A stretch of 64,000 nt of DNA from assembly GCA_052389415.1 (NCBI GenBank), contig JBQTHX010000014.1, positions 31,862-95,861 on the forward strand. The letters run 5' to 3'. The notes under the pieces were generated by a model that saw nothing but the letters and a program-made list of their open reading frames with translations, was not told the DNA's origin and did no database searches. The position numbers and the translations under genes are program-made. Shown here in pieces: positions 20,223 to 30,398 of the stretch (positions are counted from its first letter, which is position 1; the number at the start of each line of letters is the position of its first letter). The DNA is from Nitrosopumilaceae archaeon. GTDB lineage: Archaea; Thermoproteota; Nitrososphaeria; Nitrososphaerales; Nitrosopumilaceae.

Positions 20223-20864
20223 CTACTCGTATGTTGATTGTGACGATACTCCTGAGGGTGATGGAACTGATGGGAATCTATCGCCAATCTGTTGTTCTGC
20301 AACTGCAGATGCTTCTTGTAGAATCTTATCTGTTTCTTCACTTGATACATCAGAATCTACGCTAAAGTCTCCACCTGCTAACGAGTCCATCATTAATCCG
20401 TTGAGTGTTTGTGTCATAGAGTTAAGTTCTGCATCTGCTTCAGGCATAAATCTTCCAAGTGAAGATTTTAATCCCTTCATAGTTGACATTGCAGGTGCGA
20501 TAGCTACCATTGCATCTCCAAGATCATGTATGGTAGTCAGGCGCAATTGTACTTGCTCCAATGCCATTCTTGCATTGCCTAACATCTTTGTAACCTTCCT
20601 AATTTCTGCTAACTCGTTGGACAAGACTCTGCTCGTACTAGCATCGTGTTGTTGCATTGCGGCTACGATTCGTTTGAAAAGCTGTGTATCTCGTTCTCTT
20701 AGCTTTCCTAACATAGAATCCATCTTCGATATCTGACCCTGTAATTTGTTTACGGCTCCCTCAATTCTAGGTTTGAGGGCTCCCTGTGGTTTTACAGCGT
20801 CATGTATTCTTTCGTTTAAACCTCTGGTCTCTTGTCGAGTCCAGGTTTTATCGAAGCCTGTCAT
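20223..20864 (-). CDS. cdvB: CdvB/ESCRT-III (Snf7) cell division protein
   Basis: Coiled coil with ELAEIRK, LEQVQLRLTTIHDLGD, KILQEASAVAE and a Pro/Ser-rich tail. Confidence 0.9.
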   Translation of the reverse strand: MTGFDKTWTRQETRGLNERIHDAVKPQGALKPRIEGAVNKLQGQISKMDSMLGKLRERDTQLFKRIVAAMQQHDASTSRVLSNELAEIRKVTKMLGNARMALEQVQLRLTTIHDLGDAMVAIAPAMSTMKGLKSSLGRFMPEADAELNSMTQTLNGLMMDSLAGGDFSVDSDVSSEETDKILQEASAVAEQQIGDRFPSVPSPSGVSSQSTYE

Positions 20865-20920
20865 GCGAGGTAGTTGAAAATTTACTTCTTAATGTCGGGT
20901 GTATATTATCATCAACATTA

Positions 20921-20946
20921 GACTAAATTTAGCTAACAAAATGTAA
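20921..20946. promoter_or_regulatory. conserved cdvB upstream box, copy 1
   Basis: gactaaatttagctaacaaaatgtaa, 57 bp from the cdvB ATG; 23/26 identical to 52468-52493. Confidence 0.7.
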
Positions 20947-20971
20947 ATCAGGCACGTATTTAGCTATTAAC

Positions 20972-21730
20972 ATGCCAAGAATAGTAGTTTTTGATTCTGG
21001 TTTTGGTTCTCTTTCAATAATAAGGTCAATACAAAAAAAGATAAAATTAGAAATCATCTATTTTGCGGATCAAAAGAATTTTCCGTATGGTACAAAATCG
21101 GTTTTCGATCTAAGAAAAATTATTTTATCGACTATAGATAAATTAGAAAAAATATTTGAGCCTGACTTGATAGTAGTTGGATCAAACACTCCTTCGTTAT
21201 TATTAAAAGACATTATCAAACCAAGAATCATTGGCGTTGTTCCACCAATAAAGAAAGCAGTTAACAAGACAAAAACAAATAACATAGCGCTACTTGTAAC
21301 TAAATCTGTTGCAGAAAGTCATTCATTTAATAATTATTTAAAAAAAAATATACCAGATAGAATCAAAGTAATCGTAATAAATGCGTCATCCCTTGTAGAT
21401 CTTGTTGAATCTGGTAAATTTATTCATGCTAAAAATTTTTGCAGAAGAATAATAGAAAAATCATTACTAGAACCAATAATGACTAATAATATTGATGTTG
21501 TAACACTATCCAGCACACATATGCCATTTCTTCTGCCTATTTTACAACAGATATTTCCGAATGTTACTTTTCTAGATCCAGCATGTACAATAGCAGATCA
21601 AGTTGTGAAGAAATTAAAGAAAAAAAATTCAAAAAGAGGCTCATTAAAAATTTTTACTTCTGGAAATGTGAAACTTTTTCAAAAACAATTACTACAGCTG
21701 GGAATAAAAAATACGGTAAAATCATTATAA
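20972..21730 (+). CDS. glutamate racemase-like protein with both catalytic Cys replaced by Ser
   Basis: FDSG.G.LS, D..NFPYG.KS; GSNT and SSTH where MurI has ACNT and GCTH. Confidence 0.8.
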   Translation: MPRIVVFDSGFGSLSIIRSIQKKIKLEIIYFADQKNFPYGTKSVFDLRKIILSTIDKLEKIFEPDLIVVGSNTPSLLLKDIIKPRIIGVVPPIKKAVNKTKTNNIALLVTKSVAESHSFNNYLKKNIPDRIKVIVINASSLVDLVESGKFIHAKNFCRRIIEKSLLEPIMTNNIDVVTLSSTHMPFLLPILQQIFPNVTFLDPACTIADQVVKKLKKKNSKRGSLKIFTSGNVKLFQKQLLQLGIKNTVKSL

Positions 21731-22492
21731 TTTGATCTTTGTTTTTCTGAAGCCATGACTGAAAGTCTTGTCATATAATCTAGAATATTCATAAGATTTC
21801 GGATTGATAACATCACCAATAATTATGATTGCGGTGCGAGTAATTTTTTGATCTCTTATTTTTTTTGTGATATCATTTAGTGTTCCTATTATTATTTTCT
21901 GATCTTTCCAACTTGCGCGATAAACAACAGCGATAGGTGTGTATTTTGAGTATCCTCCTTCGAGTACTTGTTTTACTATATCTGAGAGAAGATGTATGCT
22001 TAGGTAGAATATCATAGTAGCTTTGTGTCTGGCAAGATCTGTGATTCTCTCTTGTTTTGGAACCCTAGTTCGGGACTCGGCTCTCGTAATAATAATTGTT
22101 TGAGTTACGCCTGGTAAGGTGAGTTCAGAACCCAAGGCTGCAGCAGAGGCCAAAAAGGACGTGATTCCTGGGATTATTTCAAATTCTATTCCTTCTTTTT
22201 TTAGATTGTCTGTCTGTTCTCTAATCGCACCATAAATACTTGGATCTCCATCATGTAATCTAATTACTAGCTTACCTTTCTTTGCGCCAGTTTTTAAAAT
22301 GTCAAAAATTTCTTCTCTAACTAATTTTGAAGCATCATGTAGTTTTGCTTTATTACATAATTTAATGATCTCTTGTGGAATCAGAGAACCTGAATAGACT
22401 ACGACATCTGCATCTTGTATCAATTTTTTTGCTTTTAGTGTGATAAGATCAGGATCACCTGGTCCGCAACCAACAAAGTAAACCTTAGACAC
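21725..22492 (-). CDS. cbiF: cobalt-precorrin-4 C11-methyltransferase
   Basis: GCGPGDPDLIT, RLHDGDPSIYGAIREQ, ELTLPGVTQT, SRLYD..F.H.FR. Confidence 0.93.
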   Translation of the reverse strand: MSKVYFVGCGPGDPDLITLKAKKLIQDADVVVYSGSLIPQEIIKLCNKAKLHDASKLVREEIFDILKTGAKKGKLVIRLHDGDPSIYGAIREQTDNLKKEGIEFEIIPGITSFLASAAALGSELTLPGVTQTIIITRAESRTRVPKQERITDLARHKATMIFYLSIHLLSDIVKQVLEGGYSKYTPIAVVYRASWKDQKIIIGTLNDITKKIRDQKITRTAIIIIGDVINPKSYEYSRLYDKTFSHGFRKTKIKL

Positions 22493-23207
22493 GCTTTACC
22501 ACCATTATTGAAAAATATTTGTTAGTGAAAGTATCTTTATCAACTTCTCCAAGTGTCAGTTTTTTAACGATTTCCATATCAGTGCCTACGTCTTGTGCTA
22601 TAGCAAAAATTGAATTGTCAGAAAATCCTGCTTCTTTTAATAAATTAATAACTTGATCAAAATATCTTCCATCCTTTAGGAAAATCATTGTATCACAATT
22701 TTTTGCTGTTTCTTTTACTCTTGAAAGATCATAACAAGCAGGAATTACCGCTACGGTTTCATCGCCTTCTGCAATACTTATTCCTACCTTGGATGCGAAT
22801 GCGAACATAGATACTATTCCGGGAATAACTGTAGTCTTAATTTCTGGATATTTTGATCGTAGTTCACGTTGTATATAGATCCAAGTACTATAGATCGAAG
22901 GATCACCTACAGTAAGATAAACGACATTTTTACCTGATTTTATTGCATTTGCTATTTCTTGAGTATTTTTTTCCCATGTATTTTCAAGTGTTTCTTTATC
23001 CTTGACCATTGGAAAAACCAAGTTAATGATTTCTGGTTTTTTAGAATTGTCAATTATTGAAGATATTATAGAATAAGCTATGCTTGCTTTTCCTTCCTTG
23101 GATGTAGGGCACATTATAATATCTGCATTATGTATGGCCTTCACAGCTTTGACAGTTAGGAGATCAGGGTCTCCAGGTCCACATCCAACACATACTAGCT
23201 CTTCCAT
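22485..23207 (-). CDS. cbiL: cobalt-precorrin-2 C20-methyltransferase
   Basis: GCGPGDPDLLTVKA, FPM, GDPSIYST, IPGI, YFS. Confidence 0.92.
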   Translation of the reverse strand: MEELVCVGCGPGDPDLLTVKAVKAIHNADIIMCPTSKEGKASIAYSIISSIIDNSKKPEIINLVFPMVKDKETLENTWEKNTQEIANAIKSGKNVVYLTVGDPSIYSTWIYIQRELRSKYPEIKTTVIPGIVSMFAFASKVGISIAEGDETVAVIPACYDLSRVKETAKNCDTMIFLKDGRYFDQVINLLKEAGFSDNSIFAIAQDVGTDMEIVKKLTLGEVDKDTFTNKYFSIMVVKRV

Positions 23208-23293
23208 TAGAAGCGATTCAAGTTGTACCTAATTAAAAGTTAGATTTTAAAGAAATACTTTACAATAGTGACAAGCACGAAAATAATGATATG

Positions 23294-23884
23294 TTAGATT
23301 TTTGTTGCTGATATCACAGTAACAGGATTTCTCGCAAGCATCATCGTTCCAGTAGAAGTTTTCCTACTTTTTGAAACAGTTATTTGTGTAACATCGATTG
23401 ATGAAAATTTCAATTTTTCTATTATTTCCAATACAGCAATTAATGTTTCAAGTAAGATTGTACCAATTACTATTCTACCGCCTGATTTTAATTTCGCTTC
23501 ACATAGTCTGAGTATATCTTTAGTATCTCGTCCAGTTCCTCCTATGAAAATCGCGTCAGCGTTTGGTAGTTCAGGAATTTTTTCTATTGCATTACCCAGA
23601 ATTAGGGTAATATTGAAAATTTGAAATTTTTCCATGTTTTTCTTGGTCAATTCAATGGCTTTTGGATCATGATCAATTGAGAATACTTTACCAGATTGTT
23701 TTATCTGCAATGCAGCTTCGATAGATACAGATCCACTTCCACAACCAATATCATATACAATCTGATTTTGTGATAATCTTGCTTTGCTTATCTGTATTGC
23801 TCTAACTTCCTCCTTTGTTATTGGAACCTCTTCTATTCTCTCAAACAATTCATCTGGTATGCCAGGTGTACTATGTTTCCACAT
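23294..23884 (-). CDS. cbiT: cobalt-precorrin-6B C15-methyltransferase (decarboxylating)
   Basis: PGIPDELF, PITKEEVR, DIGCGSGS, FIGG, ARNPV. Confidence 0.93.
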   Translation of the reverse strand: MWKHSTPGIPDELFERIEEVPITKEEVRAIQISKARLSQNQIVYDIGCGSGSVSIEAALQIKQSGKVFSIDHDPKAIELTKKNMEKFQIFNITLILGNAIEKIPELPNADAIFIGGTGRDTKDILRLCEAKLKSGGRIVIGTILLETLIAVLEIIEKLKFSSIDVTQITVSKSRKTSTGTMMLARNPVTVISATKI

Positions 23885-23917
23885 CTAGCAAAATGAGATA
23901 TTATAGATATTTTAGTG

Positions 23918-24334
23918 CTACTTAACAGGAAGACCAGATACTGCTGGATGCATTAGAGTATTCACAAGAATCCAAGAAAATATGAAGATAAAGAAGTAAC
24001 TTCCAATTCCTGTTGTAATTAATTTTTTCTTATCTGATGTAGGTAAGGGAATTCGCATTGCCTTTGCTATTCCATAAGAGACTATGAACAAAAGAATCAT
24101 GATTCCAAAACCCATGTATGCTCTGTAGCTAGAATCAATGGGACCCCCCAGAATGGTGGCAATAATACCAGCTAGTACACCAAGACCAACCCTCATCCAA
24201 AAGAGTGTACCTATTGGATTTTTTGTTATTCCTTGTGTTTGTGTTCCAGTTGGCTCACTTGGAAGTGAATCCTTTATGTTCGAATCATCTATAGATTTCT
24301 TTTCTTCTTCTTTTTTCTTTGGATGTCTGGTCAA
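23918..24334 (-). CDS. three-TM membrane protein, EMC6-like
   Basis: LFWMR followed by three TM helices; GIGSYF..F..SW ending. Confidence 0.55.
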   Translation of the reverse strand: MTRHPKKKEEEKKSIDDSNIKDSLPSEPTGTQTQGITKNPIGTLFWMRVGLGVLAGIIATILGGPIDSSYRAYMGFGIMILLFIVSYGIAKAMRIPLPTSDKKKLITTGIGSYFFIFIFSWILVNTLMHPAVSGLPVK

Positions 24335-24430
24335 GTAAATTTACAAAGTGACTCATAGGAAACCATGCTTAAAATCTTTGTTTCCCACAACAACAGTAAC
24401 AGTATAATTTTGGAGCGATAATGCGTTATC

Positions 24431-26362
24431 ATGACACTCGCAGGGATAGAATTACGTTATCTAGTAAATGAGATCTTTAGAAAAATTGATGGTTATTACG
24501 TGAGTAACATTTATGGAATTAATCGCAATAGCTTGCTTTTCAAGTTACATCATCCGGAAAAACCTGACATTTTACTCATGTTCTCCACATTTGGATTCTG
24601 GATTACTACAATCAAAATTGAGCAAATCGAAGAAAATAGGTTAGTAAAGCGATTAAGAAACGATCTTCTTAGATCGAAAATTTCTTCAATAAAACAAATA
24701 GGTGCAGAGAGGATTGTTTATCTAACATTTAGCACGTTAGAACAAGAGTTTGTCCTTATTGGAGAATTTTTTGGTGATGGGAACATTATTTTATGTGATA
24801 AAAATATGAAAGTAGCTGCTCTTTTGCATTCTATAGATGTAAGGCACAGGAAATTAAATGTTGGATCAAATTATGAGCCGCCACCACAAAGCGGTTTAGA
24901 TATTTTTGATATCACAATGAAAGATCTAATCGGAATTTTGTCTGTTTCAACGCCTGTAGTAAGATGGATAGGTAGATCATTAGGTATTCCATCAAAATAT
25001 GCTGAAGAGATTACGAGACTTGCAGAAATAGATCCATTAAAACCTGGGAGCAGTATTTCTGAAAAAGAAGTGGAGAAACTTCTTATTATAATCAAAGAGT
25101 TGGTAGAAAAAGTTGTAAATGGAATTCATGATCCGATGTTAGTAAAAACTGAAAAAAGTACGGATGTATTTCCCATAAAACTTGGCAATATTGAAAGCAT
25201 GAATTGCATTAAGGTTGCAAGTTTTATGGAAGGGTTGGACACACTTTTTACAAAAAATCTTCTTGAACAAGGCAAATTGTCCCAAGCAGATACTGTATTA
25301 CAAAAAATTGAGGAATTTGAACACAAATTAGAAGAACAAATTAAAGCCATATCAGCAGTCAAAGAAAAAGCTGGTTACATTTCTACTATAGCGAAATCAT
25401 TATGGGATCTAATTTCAGATGGTCAAACCTCAATTGAAAGCATTAAGGTAATAGATACACTCAGAAACCAAAACGCAGTTTTCGTAAAAGAGAGGGGCAT
25501 TTCATTTATAGATATTAACGGTGAAAGAATTCGAATAAGCCCAGATTCGTCGTTGCAAGCTATTGCCTCAACATTATTTAATGAATCAAAAAGACAGGCA
25601 AATGCAGTCAATGATATAGAAATAGCAAAAAGAGAAACTGAAAAGAGTCTAGAAAGGTTTAGAAAACAAGAGAGTATTGCAAAAGATTCTGTCGTGTTTA
25701 CTGTACAGAAAAAAAGAGAATGGTATGAAAGGTATAGATGGTTTTTCACCTCCGATGGTCTTTTAGCAATTGGTGGTCGTGATGCGTCATCTAATTCATC
25801 AGTCATAAGAAAACACCTTGAAAATGATGACAAGGTGTTTCATGCAGAAATCTTTGGTTCACCATTTTTTCTTTTGAAGAAAAGTTCAGAGTCTAATATG
25901 AATAGTATTTTAGAAACTGCGCAAGCAACTGTTTGTTTTAGTAGAACGTGGAGAGAAGGGCTATATGGATTGTCTTCATATTGGGTAAATCCAGACCAAA
26001 TAAAGACAGCAGCTCCAAGTGGTCAATTCATTGCAAAAGGTTCTTTCATTGTAGAAGGCAAGAGAAATTTTGTTAAAGTAAGCAGCATGCGCTTGGCTAT
26101 TGGTCTTTTAGAAAAAAATGAAAGGTATTCTTTGATGTGTGGACCACCTGAACCTGTTAAAAAAAACTGCATTTATTATGTCATGATTGAACCATCAGGT
26201 TTTGAGATGGTAGAAATTGCCAAAAAAATAAAACTTGAATTTCTCAAGTTTAAAGAAAAAGAGGATGTTATCAAGTCAATTAGCATGGATGATTTTACTC
26301 GAGTAATACCTGCTGGCGATAGCCATATTGTTGAATCTGGTGTTGGTCTTGCATACAAATAA
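24431..26362 (+). CDS. rqcH: ribosome quality control factor Rqc2/RqcH (NFACT family)
   Basis: ERI, EFFGDGNIIL, WYERYRWF, GGRDA..N, FHAE..GSP, KGSF. Confidence 0.92.
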   Translation: MTLAGIELRYLVNEIFRKIDGYYVSNIYGINRNSLLFKLHHPEKPDILLMFSTFGFWITTIKIEQIEENRLVKRLRNDLLRSKISSIKQIGAERIVYLTFSTLEQEFVLIGEFFGDGNIILCDKNMKVAALLHSIDVRHRKLNVGSNYEPPPQSGLDIFDITMKDLIGILSVSTPVVRWIGRSLGIPSKYAEEITRLAEIDPLKPGSSISEKEVEKLLIIIKELVEKVVNGIHDPMLVKTEKSTDVFPIKLGNIESMNCIKVASFMEGLDTLFTKNLLEQGKLSQADTVLQKIEEFEHKLEEQIKAISAVKEKAGYISTIAKSLWDLISDGQTSIESIKVIDTLRNQNAVFVKERGISFIDINGERIRISPDSSLQAIASTLFNESKRQANAVNDIEIAKRETEKSLERFRKQESIAKDSVVFTVQKKREWYERYRWFFTSDGLLAIGGRDASSNSSVIRKHLENDDKVFHAEIFGSPFFLLKKSSESNMNSILETAQATVCFSRTWREGLYGLSSYWVNPDQIKTAAPSGQFIAKGSFIVEGKRNFVKVSSMRLAIGLLEKNERYSLMCGPPEPVKKNCIYYVMIEPSGFEMVEIAKKIKLEFLKFKEKEDVIKSISMDDFTRVIPAGDSHIVESGVGLAYK

Positions 26363-26846
26363 GATAAGAAAACCAATATTTTTAGTAGATTCCATGTTGG
26401 GCAATCTTGCAAAGAAACTCAGAGTTTTGGGTTATGACTCTACATATTTCTCGTCGATTGAAGATGACAAACTAGTTACCATAGCAAAAAATGAAAAACG
26501 GATAATATTAACAAAAGATGAGCTTCTTTGTAAAACAGCACAGAAACAGAACATTGATGCAATACTCATAAGAGGAAACGATGAGATTGAGCAAATTATG
26601 CAAGTGCATCAAAGTATAAAGTTTGAAAAATTTGTTATTGATACAAGTAATTCAAGATGTATTATTTGTAATGGCAAATTACAGCTAATAGAAAAATATC
26701 GAATCATAAACAAAATTCCAGAGGGAATTCTGGAAAGAGAAGAAAAATTTTGGATGTGTGAAGGATGTAAAAAGATCTACTGGGAAGGAACTCATTTTGA
26801 AAAACTTCAAGAATTTGCTAAAAAATTAAACAATAGAATACATTGA
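26328..26846 (+). CDS. Mut7-C RNase domain protein
   Basis: FLVDSMLG.LAK.LR.LGYD, LTKD, RC..CNG, C..C.KIYWEGTH. Confidence 0.92.
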   Translation: MLNLVLVLHTNKIRKPIFLVDSMLGNLAKKLRVLGYDSTYFSSIEDDKLVTIAKNEKRIILTKDELLCKTAQKQNIDAILIRGNDEIEQIMQVHQSIKFEKFVIDTSNSRCIICNGKLQLIEKYRIINKIPEGILEREEKFWMCEGCKKIYWEGTHFEKLQEFAKKLNNRIH

Positions 26847-27442
26847 GCCTTTCAGATGACGATGGAGAATTTTTAGTAAAAACAGCTAGATCGGTAGTAA
26901 CAGAATTTCTCAAATCAAGAAAAAGATTGGTTTTGTCCGAGGATTTTAAGTCTAGATTTTCTTACAAATCTGGTGTTTTTGTTACTTTAAACAAAGTAGA
27001 TGAACTTAGAGGATGCATTGGTTTTCCCACTCCAGAAAGAATATTACATCAATCACTTGTAGATGCTGCTATTGCATCTGCTATAGAGGACCCTCGGTTT
27101 CCTCCAGTAAGATACGAAGAATTATCAAATATTTCCTTTGAGATAACCGTGTTAACACCTCCTTGGATGATTAGTGTAGAACATCCACAGGAATATCCAA
27201 GAAAAATAAAAGTAGGAAGAGATGGCTTGATTATCAGATGGGAATTTGGTTCAGGTCTGCTTTTACCACAAGTACCTGTGGAATATGGGTGGGATGAAGA
27301 AGAGTTTCTAAATCATGCATGTGAAAAAGCGGGTGCTAATCAAGATTGTTGGAAGCAGAAAAATACAAAAATATTTAGATTTGAGGGGATTGTTTTCAAG
27401 GAGACTAGTCCAAACGGAAGAATTGTACGAATTCAATTATAG
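26843..27442 (+). CDS. AMMECR1 domain protein
   Basis: GVFVTL, LRGCIG, DPRF, GLLLPQV, CEKAG. Confidence 0.95.
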   Translation: MSLSDDDGEFLVKTARSVVTEFLKSRKRLVLSEDFKSRFSYKSGVFVTLNKVDELRGCIGFPTPERILHQSLVDAAIASAIEDPRFPPVRYEELSNISFEITVLTPPWMISVEHPQEYPRKIKVGRDGLIIRWEFGSGLLLPQVPVEYGWDEEEFLNHACEKAGANQDCWKQKNTKIFRFEGIVFKETSPNGRIVRIQL

Positions 27443-27820
27443 TATTTTGCAATTTTCCGTATCAAGTAGAATTTTTTTTCCATCCTCTATAGAATCATAG
27501 TCTTTGTTTGTTGCCATAACAAGTGGGATGTTCGCTAGAGCACAACCTGATGCAGTAGTAATATCAACTTTTTGACATATCATAGCTCTGGGCGCACATT
27601 TATTTGATTTAAGAGAGTATATCGTATAAGCACCTACACTACTACCAACTCCGAAAGGGAAAATAAGAATTTTGTCTGCAATCGATTTACCAAAAAGATC
27701 GTGTTTTTCGTCTCTTATCTTACCCGTATTTTTGTCAACCGCCCCAAGAAAGTTGATCGGTTTTATTGCTATCATAGCTTGCCCTTGAGCATTTCCTTTA
27801 ACTATTACTTTTATTGTCAT
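27437..27820 (-). CDS. aconitase X swivel subunit (DUF126), phosphomevalonate dehydratase small subunit
   Basis: FLGAVD..TG, H.L.G.SI, GVGSSVG; paired with DUF521 gene. Confidence 0.88.
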   Translation of the reverse strand: MTIKVIVKGNAQGQAMIAIKPINFLGAVDKNTGKIRDEKHDLFGKSIADKILIFPFGVGSSVGAYTIYSLKSNKCAPRAMICQKVDITTASGCALANIPLVMATNKDYDSIEDGKKILLDTENCKIL

Positions 27821-28971
27821 TTAGTTTCCTCCCGAATAATTTGAGTTAGACTTTTAAGATTTACATCAACACCGTTTGATGTTTTCAAATAATATGCTCC
27901 TTTAACACTATTTGTAATTACTCCATCAACGTCTTTTTTGTCAATCAAGGGTGTAAGACAAATACAACAATCAGAAAGAAGTTCCCCTCTGGCATGTTCA
28001 ATCTCTTTAGTATATCCTGCACGTTGTGCTTGTTCCTGAACTGTTCTTGGGCAAAAAATCATGCATCTTTTTTTGAAAATTTTTCCTTTCAACATTATAG
28101 AAAGATCAGATAACTCGTCTAAACCAAGTTGGGGACTACCTAGTGTAATTATATCACCAGAGTCTGTTGTGTTTAGTTCATCATGGATTTTTTGTGCTTC
28201 TTCTTTATCAAAATCTATGGTTTCTCCCTTGGCTTCACCAAAAGTAAACATTCCACATGTACCAGAAGTACCCATTCCAGCACAAAGTGATTTACAACTA
28301 CGTCTATCAGGTTCCTTTACACCAGAAATTGCAACAGAAGATCCTGCAACTTTTCCCGCAAAATATCCAAGCATGCCAAAGGTCAGCTCATCCTTTGGTT
28401 GAGTTTTCAGTCGTATTGTGAGGTTTGGATTTCTTGAATCATCGTTTCTAAGGTCAGAAAAAGGACTTTTGCCAGTCAACGCACTTGCTAGGGCACTAAA
28501 AGCGCCTTCCTTGTTTGTTTTAAGATTAGCTAGTGAATTTGCATAAATTGCTGCATTACTTTCAGCAAAGGCAACGTGTGTCCCCCCTTTTGGTAATTCG
28601 AATATCTCATATGGGATACATGAAAAAGATTGTACCGCACCCATTTTTTCGTAGGAATTTTTTATGCTGTTTTGTTTCTTGATAAAATTCTCTGAGATGT
28701 TATATTCTGAAACAGTGTCTGGATCAAAACCCATTGGATTAACTGTAGTTTTCACTTTAAATTTTGAGTCTATGCTAAGATTTGCAAGAAATTCTTCTCC
28801 TGCATCACCAATTGTGTTATAGTTAACTCCGGAAAGATGAGCCCATTCAATTGGAAGTAAACGAGTTGCATTTGTAGCTTCACCAATTGCTACCAAAACA
28901 CGGTATGCGAGTGAAAGTGTTTCTCCATAATCACCTTTTAGAGCTGCTTCTTCCTCTTTTGTTAATTCCAA
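27817..28971 (-). CDS. aconitase X catalytic subunit (DUF521), phosphomevalonate dehydratase large subunit
   Basis: AHLSGV.Y..IGDAG, SCIPY, ESNA, TNKEG, TNS.K.AYY. Confidence 0.88.
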   Translation of the reverse strand: MELTKEEEAALKGDYGETLSLAYRVLVAIGEATNATRLLPIEWAHLSGVNYNTIGDAGEEFLANLSIDSKFKVKTTVNPMGFDPDTVSEYNISENFIKKQNSIKNSYEKMGAVQSFSCIPYEIFELPKGGTHVAFAESNAAIYANSLANLKTNKEGAFSALASALTGKSPFSDLRNDDSRNPNLTIRLKTQPKDELTFGMLGYFAGKVAGSSVAISGVKEPDRRSCKSLCAGMGTSGTCGMFTFGEAKGETIDFDKEEAQKIHDELNTTDSGDIITLGSPQLGLDELSDLSIMLKGKIFKKRCMIFCPRTVQEQAQRAGYTKEIEHARGELLSDCCICLTPLIDKKDVDGVITNSVKGAYYLKTSNGVDVNLKSLTQIIREETK

Positions 28972-29050
28972 TAAGATATTCTAATCTGTACTGTATAAAA
29001 TACTTGCATGGTCTTTATCCTTATAATACAAACTAATGTAATCAGAATAA

Positions 29051-29704
29051 ATGAAAAAAATTATCAGTGGAATGATAAAGACGATGAATTCCGTAAAACC
29101 TCCAAGAATGACTGCACTTAGAGAGTTGCGTGAAGCAGAGAATGGCGAGCCTCTCAGCATACTTATTGGAACAATACTTTCTGCAAGAACAAGAGATGAA
29201 AACACATCTGCTGTTGTCAAAAAACTATTTTCAAAGTACAACACTGCACGTTCACTTGCTAGAGCCAAAGTCTCAGATGTAGAGAAAATAATAAAGTCGA
29301 CAGGATTTTATCATATAAAGGCAAGAAGGATAATTGAAGTTGCGTCGATCATCGATTTGAAATATCATGGCAAAGTGCCTGATAGTTTGAATGAATTACT
29401 GAAACTACCAGGAGTTGGCAGAAAAACAGCAAACTGTGTTCTAGTTTACGCATTTGAAAAACCGGCTATACCCGTTGATACGCATGTACATAGGATCTCA
29501 AATAGACTGGGTATAGTTGAAACAAAAACGCCAGAAGAGACAGAATTAGCACTAATGAAAAAAGTTCCAAGAAAATTCTGGCTGCAGATAAATGACACAT
29601 TTGTAATGTATGGTCAAAATATTTGCAAGCCAATATCCCCTATGTGTAATATTTGTCAGATAGCAAATGAATGTAAATATTACAAGATTAATTTCGTTTC
29701 TTAG
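29051..29704 (+). CDS. nth: endonuclease III
   Basis: LSART.D, LPGVGRKTA HhH, VDTHVHR, C-terminal 4Fe-4S Cys cluster. Confidence 0.95.
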   Translation: MKKIISGMIKTMNSVKPPRMTALRELREAENGEPLSILIGTILSARTRDENTSAVVKKLFSKYNTARSLARAKVSDVEKIIKSTGFYHIKARRIIEVASIIDLKYHGKVPDSLNELLKLPGVGRKTANCVLVYAFEKPAIPVDTHVHRISNRLGIVETKTPEETELALMKKVPRKFWLQINDTFVMYGQNICKPISPMCNICQIANECKYYKINFVS

Positions 29705-30398
29705 TTTTGAGTAATATTAGAATAATAACTCCAACACCAGCAGCAAGAATGTATGGCAGAAAAAACAATGGATTAGCAGCTGGATTCCCAGAGACAATAT
29801 TGAGTATTACATCTCCTGATGTAGTCGCAGGAGGATCTGTTGATGATTCCATACCATAAACAGAAAAATCTTTTATTTTATAATTATCAAGACTTAAGTT
29901 AGAAACAACAATTCTTTTTCCGTTATTTATTGTCAAACCATTATCATCAGCATAAACAACAATTATTTCCTCGTCATATTTCCAACCAGCTAATTCTTGA
30001 TCATGAAGAACAGCATATCCTACATCAGGATTTTGTACTGCAACCCAGAATTTCATATCTGGTGCTCCACCCATTCCAATTTCAACAAATTTTGTCCTAT
30101 CTTCGTTATCATAGAATCGTATGACTCCATTACCCTGAGGATTTGCATATACTAGCTGGTTTTTTATGTTAAGCTGCCAATTCGTCTGATGTGTGTTTTC
30201 AAACGAACCACTGTATGAATTACGGTTTATTACATTGAATTTTTCATATGGAATGTTGATAGATTCCATAAGTACAGAGGGATTTGATTGAATTTGTGCA
30301 TAAACAGGAAAATTTGAAATTAGGAGTAAAAAGGACAGGACAAGAATTTTTTGCATAAATTTAGCAAAACTTGGTTTTGATGAAAATCTAGTCAACAA
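29688..30398 (-). CDS. exported protein with C-terminal membrane anchor
   Basis: Signal-like N-terminus, beta-rich body, C-terminal TM plus KTKKRN. Confidence 0.65.
   Translation of the reverse strand: MLTRFSSKPSFAKFMQKILVLSFLLLISNFPVYAQIQSNPSVLMESINIPYEKFNVINRNSYSGSFENTHQTNWQLNIKNQLVYANPQGNGVIRFYDNEDRTKFVEIGMGGAPDMKFWVAVQNPDVGYAVLHDQELAGWKYDEEIIVVYADDNGLTINNGKRIVVSNLSLDNYKIKDFSVYGMESSTDPPATTSGDVILNIVSGNPAANPLFFLPYILAAGVGVIILILLKTKKRN

Noticed and set aside
27437-28971. Aconitase X pair as a novel enzyme
   Set aside because: Already known as phosphomevalonate dehydratase of the archaeal mevalonate pathway
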